From contig OZ116700.1 in assembly GCA_964199315.1 (NCBI GenBank), positions 23,994,001 through 24,058,000 on the forward strand: 64,000 nucleotides of DNA, written 5' to 3'. This DNA is from Orbicella franksi (Eukaryota). Below are positions 61,801 through 64,000 of this stretch, in pieces; position 1 is the stretch's first letter; each line of letters begins with the position of its first letter. Under the pieces are notes generated by a model that was not told where the DNA came from, made no database searches, and saw only the letters and a program-made list of their open reading frames with translations. The translations under genes and the position numbers were made by a program.

Positions 61801-63433
61801 CTGTTCCGCGTTAGGTCAAAAGTCCCCTAAAAGTCGTTTCCACAATCCTTAGAAGCCAAATTTCACAGAGTCCAGTCCAGATTTTCACTTGCAGTAACCA
61901 TAATGCAGCGCGGTGGTCAAAGATTCGAAGTTGTGATTTTCTCGAAAGCGTGGTGTGGTGAAGTCAGATTGTTTTCTCGAGTATTTTTACTTTTTGTGCT
62001 TCATGAGATGGTCGAACCTGGAAAAAGGAAATTCAGATCGGTTAGGAGAAAAAAAAGAAAAGGTTTTTGTGGCCATAATGGGGCAAACAAACGGCCAAAG
62101 CTGACAAAGGAAGCAGATCAAGATGGCGCCGTGGAAGGTGAAGTCAAAGCCGGAGGCGAGAGTGACCTCAGTGAAGCCGAAGATTTGCCGGTGAGAGCCA
62201 ATGTTTCTGCCTCAAAACTTCAGAATTCTTCCTTTTCGAGGTATGAAGAGCGAGAAGGCATCCTGACCCGAAAGAAGACGATCAGCGTTGGGCTCGGAGC
62301 TACATCAGCAGATGTTGACCAAGTTGCAAGCGGATTTAAATTGCAAGATGCCACTCTGTTGAGTGAGTGTATTGCCTCAGCAGCAATTTGCAGCTCTTGT
62401 CGCAAATCCCAATCAAGTCTCAAACTCTATCAGCGAGATTATCAGAGGGAAGGACTTGCTGAATGTCTTTTTCTCAAATGCTCAATTTGTGGTCATGAGA
62501 CTGACTTGAAAACTAGCAAGAAACTTGGAGGTGTTGGTGGAGGTGCTCATGAAGTCAACAGGAGGTCAGTGTTGGCTTCCCAGAAACTTGGCCAGGCTGG
62601 ATTGACAGATTTTTGTGCCAGGATGAATCTGCCCCCACCAGTAACCAAGAAATCTTTCAATGAACACTTAATTCAAATTGAAAAGGCTGCTGTAGAACAT
62701 GCTAGAACATGCTATTGCTAGAGGAAAGTGGTCGCTAAAGAGGAGGGCTTAAATGTAATTCCAAAACCTCATTTGGACGAATTAAAACTAGCTCCCCAAT
62801 GAATCTAAAGAAACAGACAGCAACAGTAGGGACAAAACACAACACTACAACAACTTGCAAAGTTACACTACATCTAATTACACTTACAAACTGTCCAAAC
62901 TCTATCGTCAATCGGAAATAAAAGAACATGTGTTTTACACTCTACGACCAAATAATCATTTTTTCCCTTCCTTTGGTGGAGGCAGCGTGGCCGAGTGGCG
63001 CTGGTGTTGTAATCCAGAGGTTCCGGTCTGGTCTGCCTCCTGCCAGTTGGGATTTTTAACTATGTTATATTTTTTCCGTTGTTTCAGTGGCATGCCTGTA
63101 AACTACATGTAGCTAAGATTAGTGTTTGTATAGCTACGTGCATGACCTCTATAAATAAGATTTACATTTACAGTTATATTACATGGTAACACAGAGGCGA
63201 CAAGCGATAATTGCCAATGAAATCATTTTACCAACAGAGGTCTTGTTCATTTTTCAATCATGCAAAAACTGAATCCTAACACTGATCGATTCCAATAACA
63301 AAACCCAGATAATCCTAAAGATCTTTAAGTGTTGCATGTATAAATTTCTCACCAAAGCGAAAGTAAGGACTTCAGTGAATCCAGCCTGGGCTATTTCTTG
63401 TCTCAGCAGATCACAAAGTGTATTTAGCTTGAA
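58857..63433 (-). CDS. FARSB: Phenylalanine--tRNA ligase beta subunit, last six coding exons (5' part lies beyond the window)
   Basis: Exons 63353-63433 ([27 protein letters not shown]), 61294-61386 ([10 protein letters not shown]...[13 protein letters not shown]), 60575-60692 ([33 protein letters not shown]), 59998-60062 ([21 protein letters not shown]), 59277-59376 ([16 protein letters not shown]), 58857-59008 ([10 protein letters not shown]...[31 protein letters not shown]). These are recognisable eukaryotic PheRS-beta C-terminal motifs with compatible GT-AG phases. Confidence 0.95.
61578..62712 (+). mobile_element. 5' part of a Kolobok(P)-like DNA transposon in a FARSB intron, truncated transposase
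   Basis: Starts right after TTAA with GGAGG. ORF 61903-62721 (likely start ATG 62008) has a basic RRKKRKGF start, CSSC...[15 protein letters not shown]...TSKK...EVNRRSV...[16 protein letters not shown], the N-terminal Cys region of 'Mutator-like'/Kolobok transposases. It ends before any DDE core. Confidence 0.65.
62978..63180 (+). mobile_element. Internally deleted copy of the same or a related tRNA-derived SINE
   Basis: A-box head GGCAGCGTGGCCGAGTGG joined directly to ctggtctgcctcctgccagttgggattttt...agtggcatgcctgtaa, shared with 58107-58195. Confidence 0.65.
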
Positions 63434-64000
63434 CTGCAAAAGAAAGCTTTGATTAACGATAGTTTTCCCTCAAACTTACCTCAGTTGGGATAATATGGTT
63501 TCCTAGCAAACTAGCAGCAATAGAAAGAGCAAAGAAACAAAGCAATGGCTCTTTATACACTTGCTCATCATTAACTGTTACGTAAGGGGCAAGTCGGACC
63601 AGGTAGAGTTGGCATTTGCTGGAAAATTGACAATATAAAAAAGGAAAAAACAAACAAGAAGTTCCAGGTAGACAATATACTTTAATAATCATATGAAAAA
63701 AACAAACAAACAAACAAACAAACAAACAAAATTGAGGTCTGGAGGGCAAACTATTACCATAATGATGAATGAGAACTCACCTGATTTCCAATAGTATTGG
63801 TTGGAGGTATCCTCTTCACAATGTTGTTAAATCCATGAGAAATGGCTACATCCTCAATAATATCACACTCATGAATAATGTTTGTAAAATGTCAAGGAAA
63901 GATCTTCAAAATAAACATAACCACTACACTACAAAGTTTAAACTGGGCGGTTTAAAATTGCTTTTCTGCTAAAAAAAAAAACATGACTTACAATTTATGT

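Overview
Animal genomic DNA (AT-rich, GT-AG introns, many MITEs and SINEs). The repeat content suggests an anthozoan, probably a stony coral (inference). Most of the window (10549-55987, minus strand) is one complete perlecan (HSPG2-type) gene. I reconstructed it by hand as 58 coding exons with GT-AG borders and compatible phases throughout: 13,260 nt, about 4,419 aa. Domain order: signal peptide, a concanavalin-A/LamG_3-like domain, three laminin-IV(B)/laminin-EGF cassettes, 12 Ig domains, LG1-EGF-EGF-LG2-EGF-EGF-LG3. Unusual points: no SEA or LDL-receptor-A region is visible; the first laminin-IV domain is split by a ~1,200-aa Thr/Ser/Asp-rich tandem-repeat (mucin-like) insert that an internal splice donor could remove in frame; and the largest intron holds a candidate second signal-peptide first exon that would give a short perlecan. 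Upstream on the same strand lie the last six coding exons of phenylalanyl-tRNA synthetase beta (FARSB), one intron of which holds a truncated Kolobok-like DNA transposon. The left end holds a 5'-truncated Penelope-like retroelement with a hammerhead ribozyme motif. Exon coordinates come from manual reading and need RNA-seq confirmation.
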